Below are positions 48,079-61,328 of a stretch of 64,000 nt of DNA, in pieces. The notes beneath the pieces are model-generated. The model made no database searches. It saw only the letters and a list, made by a program, of their open reading frames with translations, and was not told the DNA's origin. The position numbers and the translations under genes are program-made. The stretch is from assembly GCA_024686335.1 (NCBI GenBank), contig JAILCI010000007.1, positions 16,869 to 80,868 of the forward strand, given 5' to 3'. Source of the stretch: Bacteroidales bacterium. Lineage in GTDB: Bacteria > Bacteroidota > Bacteroidia > Bacteroidales > WCHB1-69. Position 1 is the first letter of the stretch. Each line of letters begins with the position of its first letter.

Positions 48079-48114
48079 AGTACAACACTTCCACTCCGGT
48101 GGAAGTATTGTACT
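48079..48114 (+). promoter_or_regulatory. rplL-rpoB intergenic hairpin (attenuator/partial terminator candidate)
   Basis: A 16-bp stem with one mismatch, agtacaacacttccac (48079-48094) with gtggaagtattgtact (48099-48114), encloses the loop tccg. The T-rich stretch tattgttgttt follows. Confidence 0.5.
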
Positions 48115-48190
48115 TATTGTTGTTTATATACCCGCTGATTGGTATTCACAATAAGTCAGTAATTTATATTTCAACGAAAAACTTACAGCC

Positions 48191-51997
<3,807 letters not shown>

Positions 51998-52019
51998 GAT
52001 TGTATAAATAAAAGAAATT

Positions 52020-55000
52020 ATGGCATCTTTTAAAAAAGATAATAATACAAGAAAAGAATTTCAAAGGATTACCATCAGCCTTGCATCTCCCCAGACTATT
52101 CTGGAGCAGTCTCATGGTGAGGTGGTGAAACCAGAGACAATCAACTACAGGACTTACAAGCCTGAGCGTGACGGTCTCTTCTGCGAAAAGATTTTCGGCC
52201 CGACCAAAGATTGGGAATGTAGTTGCGGTAAGTACAAGAGAATCCGTTACAAAGGTGTCGTTTGCGACCGTTGTGGTGTTGAAGTAACGGAGCGTAAGGT
52301 ACGTCGTGAGCGCATGGGTCACATTCAATTGGTGGTGCCCGTTGCCCATATTTGGTTTTTCAAGTCATTGCCTAACAAGATTGCCGCTTTGTTAGGTCTC
52401 AGCTCCAAAGAGGTTGATGCTATTATTTATTATGAGAAATATGTAGTTATTCAACCTGGTATTTTGGAGAGCGATACCGTCAAGAAGAAAACTCTTCTCA
52501 CTGAGGAGGAATATTTTGAATTGACGGAAAACCTTCCGGCAGATAACAGCCACTTGGAAGACAATGATCCTAACAAGTTCATTGCTAAGATGGGTGCTGA
52601 GGCGTTGTATGACCTGCTTTGTCAAGTTGACCTGGATGCTGAATCTGATGCACTTCGTGATTTGGCTTTCAGAGAGACTTCTCAACAACGTAAGAAAGAA
52701 CATCTTAAACGTCTGCATGTCTTTGAGGCTTTCAAAGACAGCCGCAAACGTGCTGAGAACCGTCCGGAATGGATGATTATCAATATCGTGCCGGTAATCC
52801 CACCGGAGTTGCGTCCTTTGGTGCCGTTGGATGGTGGTCGTTTTGCTACATCCGACCTCAATGACCTCTACCGTCGTGTGATCATTCGTAACAACCGTCT
52901 GAAACGACTCGTTGAAATTAAGGCTCCCGATGTCATCATGCGTAATGAAAAACGTATGTTGCAAGAGGCTGTTGACTCCCTTTTGGATAACTCCAAAAAG
53001 TCCAGCGCTGTGAAGACCGATTCCAACCGTGCGTTGAAATCTCTCTCTGACAGTTTGAAGGGTAAACAAGGTCGTTTCCGTCAGAATTTGTTGGGTAAGC
53101 GTGTTGACTATTCTGGTCGTTCTGTTATCGTCGTCGGTCCCGAACTGCACCTTAATGAGTGTGGTTTGCCGAAAGATATGGCAGCCGAGTTGTTCAAACC
53201 GTTCGTTATCCGTAAGATCCTTGAAAGAGGTATCGTGAAGACTGTCAAGTCTGCCAAGAAGATCGTGGATCGTAAGGATCCTGTCGTTTGGGAGATTTTG
53301 GAAAATATCTTGAAGGGTCACCCCGTATTGTTGAACCGTGCTCCTACGTTGCACCGTCTGGGTATCCAAGCTTTCCAACCGCGTTTGGTAGAAGGTAAGG
53401 CTATCCGTTTGCACCCGCTTTGCTGTACGGCTTTCAATGCCGACTTTGATGGTGACCAGATGGCTGTGCATGTGCCCCTGGGCAATGCTGCTATCCTTGA
53501 GGCCCAGATGCTGATGATGGCATCTCACAACATCTTGAACCCGGCTAACGGTGCCCCTGTCACCGTGCCTTCTCAGGACATGGTGTTGGGTCTGTATTAT
53601 ATTACGAAAGAACTCCCCTCCACTCCTGACCATAAGGTACAGGGTGAAGGCCGTATTTTCTACGGTCCTGAGGAGGTGATGATCGCTTATAACGAGAAGA
53701 AAGTCCACCTTAATGCTAAGATCAAATGTCGTGTCGATGTTGACGGTACTGGCAACATCCAATTGATTGACACTTCTGTTGGTCGTGTGATGTTTAACCA
53801 AGTCGTTCCGAAGGATTACGGCTATGTTAATATGCTGTTGACCAAGAAGGCTTTGCGTGACATCATCGGTGATGTTCTTGCTAAGTGCGGTAACAAGGCT
53901 TGTGCCCAGTTCCTGGACGACATCATGACTTTGGGTTATCGTATGGCTTACGAAGGTGGTATGTCATTTAACTTGGGTGATGTGATTATTCCGGCTGAGA
54001 AACCGAAACTTATTGCTGAGGCTAATGCTCAAATTGATGAGATCACCATGAACTATAACATGGGTTTCATCACCAATACCGAGCGTTACAACCAGGTTAT
54101 TGACGTTTGGTCACAATGCAATGCTCGTTTGTCAAAGATTTTGATGAAAGAGATTGAGGCTGACCGTCAAGGATTTAACCCTGTACACATGATGAGAGAC
54201 TCCGGAGCCCGTGGTTCTGCTGAGCAGATTCGTCAGTTGTCTGGTATGCGTGGTTTGATGGCAAAACCGTCAAAGGCCGGTTCTACAGGTGGTGAGATCA
54301 TTGAGAACCCTATTCTCTCCAACTTCAAGGAGGGTCTGTCAGTGCAAGAGTACTTCATCTCTACACACGGTGCTCGTAAGGGTTTGGCCGATACCGCTTT
54401 GAAGACCGCAGACGCTGGTTACCTTACCCGTCGTTTGGTTGACGTTTCCCATGACGTTATCATTACTGAAGAAGACTGTGGTACCCTTCGTGGTATGTCT
54501 GTCAGCGCTCTCAAGAAAAATGAAGAGGTTGTTGAGACATTGTATGACCGTCTTCTTGGTCGTGTAACATTGCATGATGTTTATCATCCGCAGACTGGTG
54601 AATTGATTATTAAGGCTGGTGAAGAGCTGACAGAGAAATATTGTAAGATTATTGAAGAGTCTCCTATTGAGGAGGTGGAAATCCGTTCAGTGCCTACTTG
54701 TGAGTCCAAACACGGTATCTGCCGTAAATGTTACGGACGAAACTTGGCTACTGGCAAGATGGTTCAGATTGGTGAGGCTGTTGGTGTTATCGCTGCCCAG
54801 TCCATCGGTGAGCCTGGTACGCAGCTGACCCTTCGTACGTTCCATGTCGGTGGTGTTGCTGGTAACGTGGCTGCTAACAGTTCCATCACAGCAAGCTACG
54901 ACGGTATCTTGAGTATCGATGAGCTTCGTGCTTTGGAGAAAACGGACGCTCTTGGCCAAGTATATTACAAGGTCATCGGTCGTACCGCAGAAATCAAGAT

Positions 55001-56309
55001 TATCGATGTCACTACAGGTATCGCTTTGGCATCTTCCAACGTGCCTTATGGTTCTAATCTCTACTTCAAGCATGGTGATGCTGTCAAGAAGGGTGATTTG
55101 ATCGCTGATTGGGATCCTTTCAACGCTGTCATTCTTTCCGACGTGCCTGGTACCATCCAATTCAATGATATTATTGAAGGTGTTACCTACCGTGTGGAGA
55201 CTGATGAGCAGACCAATATCCATGATAAGGTTATTATCGAGAGTCGTCTGAAGACCAAAAACCCGAGTATCTCCGTTTTGGATGATAATGGTGATGTGCT
55301 GAAGAGTTTCGACGTTCCTGTGGGTGCTCGTTTGTCAGTTGAAGAGGGACAAAAGATTGACTCTGGTGAAATCCTCGTTAAGATTTTGCGTTCCTTTGGT
55401 AAGTCTGGTGATATCACGGGCGGTCTGCCTCGCGTTACTGAGCTCTTTGAGGCTCGTAACCCGTCAGATCCTGCTGTGGTTTCTGAAATCGATGGTGTTG
55501 TTTCCTTCGAGAAGAAACTTAAACGTGGTAACCGTGTCGTCAAGATTACTCCGCGTAATGACTCAGGCGATGGTGCCAAGACCTATCTCATTCCGACCTC
55601 AAAGCAGATTTTGGCTCAAGAGAATGACTTCGTGAAGGCTGGTACACCGCTGTCAGAAGGTTCATTGACTCCTATGGATATTTTGAACATCAAGGGTGCT
55701 CAGAAAGTTCAGGAGTACATCATCAATGAAATTCAGGAGGTTTACCGTCTCCAAGGTGTGAAGATCAATGACAAGCACTTTGAAGTTATTGTACGTCAGA
55801 TGATGCGTAAGATGGAAATCTACGATCCGGGCGACACTAAGTTCTTACAGGGTGAGTTGATCAACAAGATTGACTTCCAAGAGGAGAATGACGCTATTTG
55901 GGAAATGAAGGTCGTTGTTGACAAGGGCGATTCTGAAGAACTTCGTGATGGTCAGATTATCACTGCTAAGAAATTGCGTGATGTCAACTCTGCCCTGAAG
56001 CGTAAAGACCTCAAGTTAGTTCAAGTTCGTGACGCACGTCCTGCAACGGGTAAACCGATTTTGCAAGGTATTACCCGTGCATCTCTGCAGACTCACAGCT
56101 TTATTTCTGCTGCATCCTTCCAGGAGACCACGAAGGTACTCACCGAGGCTGCTATCAACGCTAAGTCTGATGAGCTGATCGGTATGAAGGAGAATGTCAT
56201 CGTGGGTCAGAAGATTCCTGCTGGTACAGGTATTCGTTCTTACCAACACATCGAGGTTGGTTCCATGGAGGAGTATGAGTCTCTGATGGCTTCCAAGGAG
56301 ATGGAGTAA
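52020..56309 (+). CDS. rpoC: DNA-directed RNA polymerase subunit beta'
   Basis: 1429 aa. It carries the zinc motif [23 protein letters not shown] and the catalytic NADFDGD. Confidence 0.97.
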   Translation: MASFKKDNNTRKEFQRITISLASPQTILEQSHGEVVKPETINYRTYKPERDGLFCEKIFGPTKDWECSCGKYKRIRYKGVVCDRCGVEVTERKVRRERMGHIQLVVPVAHIWFFKSLPNKIAALLGLSSKEVDAIIYYEKYVVIQPGILESDTVKKKTLLTEEEYFELTENLPADNSHLEDNDPNKFIAKMGAEALYDLLCQVDLDAESDALRDLAFRETSQQRKKEHLKRLHVFEAFKDSRKRAENRPEWMIINIVPVIPPELRPLVPLDGGRFATSDLNDLYRRVIIRNNRLKRLVEIKAPDVIMRNEKRMLQEAVDSLLDNSKKSSAVKTDSNRALKSLSDSLKGKQGRFRQNLLGKRVDYSGRSVIVVGPELHLNECGLPKDMAAELFKPFVIRKILERGIVKTVKSAKKIVDRKDPVVWEILENILKGHPVLLNRAPTLHRLGIQAFQPRLVEGKAIRLHPLCCTAFNADFDGDQMAVHVPLGNAAILEAQMLMMASHNILNPANGAPVTVPSQDMVLGLYYITKELPSTPDHKVQGEGRIFYGPEEVMIAYNEKKVHLNAKIKCRVDVDGTGNIQLIDTSVGRVMFNQVVPKDYGYVNMLLTKKALRDIIGDVLAKCGNKACAQFLDDIMTLGYRMAYEGGMSFNLGDVIIPAEKPKLIAEANAQIDEITMNYNMGFITNTERYNQVIDVWSQCNARLSKILMKEIEADRQGFNPVHMMRDSGARGSAEQIRQLSGMRGLMAKPSKAGSTGGEIIENPILSNFKEGLSVQEYFISTHGARKGLADTALKTADAGYLTRRLVDVSHDVIITEEDCGTLRGMSVSALKKNEEVVETLYDRLLGRVTLHDVYHPQTGELIIKAGEELTEKYCKIIEESPIEEVEIRSVPTCESKHGICRKCYGRNLATGKMVQIGEAVGVIAAQSIGEPGTQLTLRTFHVGGVAGNVAANSSITASYDGILSIDELRALEKTDALGQVYYKVIGRTAEIKIIDVTTGIALASSNVPYGSNLYFKHGDAVKKGDLIADWDPFNAVILSDVPGTIQFNDIIEGVTYRVETDEQTNIHDKVIIESRLKTKNPSISVLDDNGDVLKSFDVPVGARLSVEEGQKIDSGEILVKILRSFGKSGDITGGLPRVTELFEARNPSDPAVVSEIDGVVSFEKKLKRGNRVVKITPRNDSGDGAKTYLIPTSKQILAQENDFVKAGTPLSEGSLTPMDILNIKGAQKVQEYIINEIQEVYRLQGVKINDKHFEVIVRQMMRKMEIYDPGDTKFLQGELINKIDFQEENDAIWEMKVVVDKGDSEELRDGQIITAKKLRDVNSALKRKDLKLVQVRDARPATGKPILQGITRASLQTHSFISAASFQETTKVLTEAAINAKSDELIGMKENVIVGQKIPAGTGIRSYQHIEVGSMEEYESLMASKEME

Positions 56310-56333
56310 TACTAACAATTGAATCCTTACATT

Positions 56334-56630
56334 ATGGAAGAACAGAAAATTGATATTAACTTGACAGACGAAGTGGCGCAGGGTAGCTATTCTAACCTGA
56401 CCATTATTACGCACTCTGACAATGAGTTTATTTTGGATTTTGTCCAGATGATGCCTGGTGTTAACAAGGGACAGGTTCGTTCTCGAGTTATCATGACTCC
56501 GAAGAATGCGAAGCGTTTGTTGCGTGCTCTAAAAGAAAACATTGGTTCATACGAAAGTAAGATGGGTGTTATTGATGAGGGTACGCCGCAAGGCTTTCCG
56601 CCCTTGACCGGCGGACAGGGTTTAGCATAG
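56334..56630 (+). CDS. DUF3467 domain protein
   Basis: I place the start at ATG 56334 (MEEQKIDINLTDEVAQGSYSNLTIITHSDNEFILDF) rather than the track's TTG at 56319. This small protein is conserved downstream of rpoC in Bacteroidota. Confidence 0.8.
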   Translation: MEEQKIDINLTDEVAQGSYSNLTIITHSDNEFILDFVQMMPGVNKGQVRSRVIMTPKNAKRLLRALKENIGSYESKMGVIDEGTPQGFPPLTGGQGLA

Positions 56631-56661
56631 AAATACGTTCAAATTGCTAAATATTTTCATG

Positions 56662-56697
56662 AAAGGAGGATGAGATTTTCTTGTTCTCCTTTTTTTA
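56662..56697 (+). terminator. Probable terminator of the rpoBC-DUF3467 transcript
   Basis: The hairpin aaaggag(56662-56668)...ctccttt(56686-56692) can be extended inward by G-U and A-U pairs. It runs into a T-tract reaching 56696. Confidence 0.5.
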
Positions 56698-56799
56698 TGC
56701 CTAAAATGGTGTTGATAGCTATGAAGATATTAAACTATGAAGTTATGAAGTTACGAGGGTAAGGCACATGGTTCCGTTGATTTACGGGAGCACTCTGTA

Positions 56800-56821
56800 G
56801 AGACGTTCCATGGAACGTCTC
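56800..56821. repeat. Perfect 22-bp palindrome gagacgttccatggaacgtctc, 9 nt downstream of the ftsW stop
   Basis: I checked by hand that the sequence equals its own reverse complement. There is no flanking T-tract on either strand. It may be a U-tract-less terminator hairpin or a protein-binding site. Confidence 0.6.
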
Positions 56822-56830
56822 CTAAAGATA

Positions 56831-57958
56831 TTATAATGTGCGTGGGGTGTTTGCCTCTTCCCTCAGAGCATTCGCTTTGCTGATATTAAGCAATATGCCC
56901 ACTGCAATGCCGGAAACTGCTAGAGAGGCACCACCGCTACTTATGAAAGGTAATGTTTGACCAGTGGCTGGCAGCAGATCACAGTTTACACCTATGTGTA
57001 CAAGTGCCTGACACGTTAGCCAGAAACCTATAGCGAATGAGAAGAGTTTTCCGAACGGGCCGCCTGAGTTTTTGGAGACTATTCTCGCTCGGTAGAACAA
57101 TATCAGGTATGCCATGATTATGAGTACACCTGCGACGAATCCTAACTCTTCATATACAGAAGCGAAAGCATAGTCGGTGGAGTTTTCCGGTAGTCGATAT
57201 TTGATGACTCCTTTGCCGGGGCCAGACGGATGGAATCCACCTCGCGCTATGGCTGCCCGCGAGAGGACCATTTGGTCGCCGTAACCGTCGGTATTGTCCT
57301 TTGTGATATAATATGTCACACGGCTCACAACCGTGTTCATACGGCCTATTTCAAGCGATTTGTCAGATTTGGAGTACATGAACACCGCAGTGGCGGCAAT
57401 CACTGCTATCAGGACTGTTCCTCCGAAGAATAGGCTCACATATTTTAAATTGACATTTGCAACGAAAAAGATTACGTTGCAAGTGACAAAAAAGATAATT
57501 GCAGTGGACATGTTTAGTTTGGCCATGCCAAGACTAAAGATGGCCACTACGCCAAAAAGGTATAAAATTTTTTCTTTAGTCAATTCATGTCCCGCATTGT
57601 ATTTATGGGCAATATAGTCAGTTATATATAGAATTACCAGGAAACCAATAAGATAGAATGTCTGGATGTCGTGACCGAAGATTGTGACACCACGGACTGC
57701 TTGAGATAGAATGGTTAGTAATAAAAGTACAAAGGCAAAAAGAAATAGCAAAGGGGTGAAAACTGCGATTTTGCGGTAATCCACCACATAACATAATATC
57801 ATCAGGCCATAGCATACCGCGAGGTGTACGAGATGATTCAGCACGCGCATATTGCTAGTGCTGTATACCATCAGGAGTGAGAATAGGCTCAGGAATATGA
57901 CTATGGCGAGGATGATTTTGTCTCCTTTAAATTGCCATTTCAATTTGAGTTTGCGCAT
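56831..57958 (-). CDS. ftsW: SEDS-family peptidoglycan glycosyltransferase FtsW (FtsW/RodA/SpoVE)
   Basis: 375 aa, polytopic. The C-terminal block reads LPATGQTLPFISSGGASL, and the gene lies in the dcw cluster. Confidence 0.85.
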   Translation of the reverse strand: MRKLKLKWQFKGDKIILAIVIFLSLFSLLMVYSTSNMRVLNHLVHLAVCYGLMILCYVVDYRKIAVFTPLLFLFAFVLLLLTILSQAVRGVTIFGHDIQTFYLIGFLVILYITDYIAHKYNAGHELTKEKILYLFGVVAIFSLGMAKLNMSTAIIFFVTCNVIFFVANVNLKYVSLFFGGTVLIAVIAATAVFMYSKSDKSLEIGRMNTVVSRVTYYITKDNTDGYGDQMVLSRAAIARGGFHPSGPGKGVIKYRLPENSTDYAFASVYEELGFVAGVLIIMAYLILFYRARIVSKNSGGPFGKLFSFAIGFWLTCQALVHIGVNCDLLPATGQTLPFISSGGASLAVSGIAVGILLNISKANALREEANTPRTL

Positions 57959-57966
57959 AATGTCGT

Positions 57967-58512
57967 CTATAATTGTGCTACTGCTACTTTGAAACTTCTA
58001 CCGCGGTCTTCTGTCGGACCAGTGCTGCATGGTGAGTATAGAACTGAGTATCCTTTTTCAGCAGCGTAGAATGCTTGACGGACAGCGTCTTCCATGTTTC
58101 CTTCTTTTGCAGACGGAATATCTAATTCGTCGAAAAGATTGTAAACATCAGAATTGTAAACACCTTGTAGTATTACGAACTTTACCTTCTCTAAGATTGC
58201 GTTGATTAGGTTGTCGCTCATATTGTTTACACTGTCCAAGTTTGTGATCCAGACCGTTGGTTTGTTCATTCTTTGTAGTGAGAACCATGTTGCATCCGAA
58301 TTGTCTGAACTGGCATCATCCACGAAATCGATACCGTTTATGGTTGTCACTTTTTCAAGTTTATGCCCGCAGCCTTGGAATCCTGAGAGTTGCTGAGCAA
58401 TATTTTTCTTACGAATCTCTATCAGTCGGTCATTGATAGAGGAGACCATCGTGTTGTTGAAGTTCTTCTCCAACTCAAAGATCTTGAAATTGTTACTTTT
58501 GTTGTTAGCCAT
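57967..58512 (-). CDS. MurD C-terminal-domain-only protein (truncated, motif-degenerate homologue of UDP-MurNAc-L-Ala:D-Glu ligase)
   Basis: This 181-aa ORF occupies the murD slot, 38 nt after mraY and 8 nt before ftsW. LSGFQGCGHKLEKVTTINGIDFVDDASSDNSDAT aligns with the MurD segment F.GL.HR.E.V....GV.FINDSKATN..AT. VLYSPCSTGPTEDRGRSF aligns with VLLSPACASFD.F....RG..F. No Rossmann domain and no GxxGKT ATPase domain are present. Confidence 0.6.
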   Translation of the reverse strand: MANNKSNNFKIFELEKNFNNTMVSSINDRLIEIRKKNIAQQLSGFQGCGHKLEKVTTINGIDFVDDASSDNSDATWFSLQRMNKPTVWITNLDSVNNMSDNLINAILEKVKFVILQGVYNSDVYNLFDELDIPSAKEGNMEDAVRQAFYAAEKGYSVLYSPCSTGPTEDRGRSFKVAVAQL

Positions 58513-58550
58513 AGGTGTGTTATATGTAATGGTTTGAAAATGGTAATGGT

Positions 58551-59807
58551 TTATCTGACTTTTAAGGTTACTAGAGTGAGGACGGCCAGCAGGAGGCCGA
58601 TTACGATAAAGTGTTGAACAATACGAGGTTCGGGTACTCCCTTTTTCTGGTAATGGTGGTGTAAGGGAGACATTAGGAAGATGCGTTTTCCTTCGCCGTA
58701 GCGTTTACGAGTATATTTGAAATAGGAAGTTTGTAAGAGGACTGAGACTGCTTCAGCGAGATAGATGCCACAAAGAATGGGAATGAGGAATTCTTTGCGT
58801 ATGATGATACAAGATACGGCAACAATGCCACCCAAAGTAAGGCTTCCCGTGTCACCCATGAACACTTGGGCGGGGTAGCAGTTCCACCAATAGAAGCCGA
58901 TACAGGCTCCGATGACTGCCGATATGAAAATTACCAACTCCCCGATATTTGGTAGATACATGATATTCAGGTAATTGGCAAATATCACGTTGCCTGACAC
59001 ATATGCTAGGATGGCAATACCAACTGCGATTACGGATGTTGTACCTGTAGCTAGACCGTCTAGTCCATCTGTCAGGTTGGCGCCATTGGATACTGCAGCT
59101 ATAATAAAAACGACAATAAGGATGTAGACGATGAAAGACCATTTTCCAGTAGTATCACCTAACCAGCGGGTAAACCAGGCATAGTCGAATTCGTTATTTT
59201 TTACAAATGGAATCGTTGTTTTGGTAGAGTGGTGGGGAGCATCGAATACATTATGAGTGTTTACATTTTCCGAGTTGGATATCTGTATTGCTGATTCCAC
59301 GGGTGTGATAGCGTTTTTGGCGTTTGATTTCTCACATATTTTGGCATCCGGATGAAAATAGACGACAACTCCAACAAGTATGCCTAACAATATTTGGCCC
59401 AGTAATTTAGTTTTTGGTGAGAGGCCTTCTTTGTTTTTCTTAAATACTTTTATGTAATCATCTCTGAATCCTAGGGCTCCTAACCATACGGTGGTGAAGA
59501 TCATCAAAAGTACATAGATATTATGCAGTTTACAGAATAGCAATGCAGGGATCAAGATAGCAGCAATGATGATAATACCTCCCATTGTTGGGGTACCTGC
59601 TTTCTCTGATTGCCCTTGCAGGCCCAATTCACGTATCGACTCTCCAATCTGTTTTTTTCTTAAGTATTTAATGAAGTATTTGCCTATCCAAATTGAAATG
59701 AAAAGAGAAAATACAAATGCTAAGGCGGATCGGAAGGAGATGTATTGGAACATTCCTGAGCCTGGAAATCCGATTTTATGTAACCAAGTGAATAAGTAGT
59801 ATAACAT
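58551..59807 (-). CDS. mraY: Phospho-N-acetylmuramoyl-pentapeptide transferase MraY
   Basis: 418 aa, polytopic. Motifs: KAGTPTMGG, NGANLTDGLDGLA, MGDTGSLTLGG. Confidence 0.95.
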   Translation of the reverse strand: MLYYLFTWLHKIGFPGSGMFQYISFRSALAFVFSLFISIWIGKYFIKYLRKKQIGESIRELGLQGQSEKAGTPTMGGIIIIAAILIPALLFCKLHNIYVLLMIFTTVWLGALGFRDDYIKVFKKNKEGLSPKTKLLGQILLGILVGVVVYFHPDAKICEKSNAKNAITPVESAIQISNSENVNTHNVFDAPHHSTKTTIPFVKNNEFDYAWFTRWLGDTTGKWSFIVYILIVVFIIAAVSNGANLTDGLDGLATGTTSVIAVGIAILAYVSGNVIFANYLNIMYLPNIGELVIFISAVIGACIGFYWWNCYPAQVFMGDTGSLTLGGIVAVSCIIIRKEFLIPILCGIYLAEAVSVLLQTSYFKYTRKRYGEGKRIFLMSPLHHHYQKKGVPEPRIVQHFIVIGLLLAVLTLVTLKVR

Positions 59808-59820
59808 AAGCTCTTACATT

Positions 59821-61290
59821 TTAGTGGTTAAAACAGTTTGTGATCTCTTCCATGTCGTCAAAATGGTGTTTTACATGGTTGATCTCTTGATAGGTTTCAT
59901 GTCCTTTGCCCGCAATGAGTAATACGCCTTGATCTTTAAGGAGCATATTGCCCGTTTTGATGGCTTCATGACGATTTTCGATGACAGTGACCATTTTCTT
60001 CTTGTTCTCAGGCACGCCCGTCATCATTTCTTCCAAGATGACATTTGGGTCTTCCGTGCGAGGATTGTCAGAAGTTAAGATAACCTTGTCGCTGTATTTG
60101 CATGCGATCTCAGCCATCTCCGGTCTCTTTGTCCTGTCACGGTCACCGCCGCAGCCCACGATAGTGATGACCTCTTTTTTGTGGTCAGTTACATCCACGA
60201 TAGTTGTCAATACATTCTCCAGGGCGTCGGGGGTGTGAGCGTAGTCCACAACAGCCACGCAACCATCATTGCGCCGTACGATTTGGAATCGTCCGGAGGC
60301 GCTGTCTAGCATGCTCATGTGACGTAGTACTTCGTCGCTTGGCATTCCTAAGAGGACGGCAGTTCCGTAGATTGCCAGAAGGTTGTAGGCATTGAATTTG
60401 CCACAGAGTTTGAAGAATACCTCGTAGTTGTTGATGCGCATTTGAAGTCCTTCGAAGTTGTTGTCGAGTATCTGGCCTTTGAAAGTGGCCAAAGAGCGCA
60501 GACTATAGGTATTTACCTTTGCTTTGCTATTCTGTGTCATCACTAGTCCGTTTTTGTCATCGATGTTTGTCAGGGCAAAAGCGGAGGAGGGCAGGTGGTC
60601 AAAGAAGGACTTTTTAGCAGCAATGTAGTTAGCGAATGTCTTGTGGAAGTCGAGATGGTCGTGCGTGATATTGCTGAAAATGCCGCCTGTGAATCGCAGG
60701 CCATCGATGCGGTGTTGGCAGATGGCATGTGAACTGACCTCCATGAATGCATATTCACATCCTGCGTCTACCATGCGGGCGAGCAGACTGTTAAGTTCTA
60801 CGGCGTCTGGAGTCGTATGTGTTGCTGGAACCTCTTCATCACCGATTTTATTGACGATAGTGGAGAGCAGTCCTGCCTTGTGTCCCATCAAGTTAAAGAG
60901 TCTGTGCAAAAGCGTGACCGTAGTTGTTTTGCCGTTGGTACCAGTGATGCCCACCAGTTTTAGTTTCTTGCTTGGGTTGTCATAAAAGGCGGAGGCTATA
61001 TGGCCTAGAGCAGCCATGCTGTCGGGGACTTGGATATAAGTGACCTTTTTGTCAATCTCTTCGGGAAGTTCTTCACATACGACTACGGAGCAACCGTTAT
61101 CGATGACTTGTCCTATGAAACGATGGCCGTCGGTTTGTGTCCCGCGCTGTGCCACATAGAGGTCGGTACTGTCGTCATTATGGGTGACAATAGTGCGCGA
61201 GTCAAAGCGAATTGCTGCGATGTTCCGGTCTTCTGGACCGTAGAGCTGAAATTTCTTCAGCGATTTTAATATGTTGGTTAAAGGTTTCAA
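59821..61290 (-). CDS. murE: UDP-MurNAc-L-Ala-D-Glu:meso-diaminopimelate ligase MurE
   Basis: 489 aa with the P-loop GITGTNGKTT, the motif DYAHTPDAL and the DAP-specificity motif DNPR (TSDNPRTEDP). Confidence 0.95.
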   Translation of the reverse strand: MKPLTNILKSLKKFQLYGPEDRNIAAIRFDSRTIVTHNDDSTDLYVAQRGTQTDGHRFIGQVIDNGCSVVVCEELPEEIDKKVTYIQVPDSMAALGHIASAFYDNPSKKLKLVGITGTNGKTTTVTLLHRLFNLMGHKAGLLSTIVNKIGDEEVPATHTTPDAVELNSLLARMVDAGCEYAFMEVSSHAICQHRIDGLRFTGGIFSNITHDHLDFHKTFANYIAAKKSFFDHLPSSAFALTNIDDKNGLVMTQNSKAKVNTYSLRSLATFKGQILDNNFEGLQMRINNYEVFFKLCGKFNAYNLLAIYGTAVLLGMPSDEVLRHMSMLDSASGRFQIVRRNDGCVAVVDYAHTPDALENVLTTIVDVTDHKKEVITIVGCGGDRDRTKRPEMAEIACKYSDKVILTSDNPRTEDPNVILEEMMTGVPENKKKMVTVIENRHEAIKTGNMLLKDQGVLLIAGKGHETYQEINHVKHHFDDMEEITNCFNH

Positions 61291-61328
61291 GTAGGTTATA
61301 GGTTAAAGGTTTTACGATATGGTTTCTG

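Noticed and set aside
52392-53801. A 469-aa antisense ORF inside rpoC, plus smaller antisense ORFs in rpoB and rpoC (48164-48667, 49958-50575, 54687-55223 and others).
   Set aside because: The 469-aa ORF is codon-aligned with rpoC, so it is a shadow of a strongly codon-biased, unmistakable core gene. I did not check the frame of the smaller ones. I treat them the same way because they lie inside these unmistakable genes and show no independent signals.
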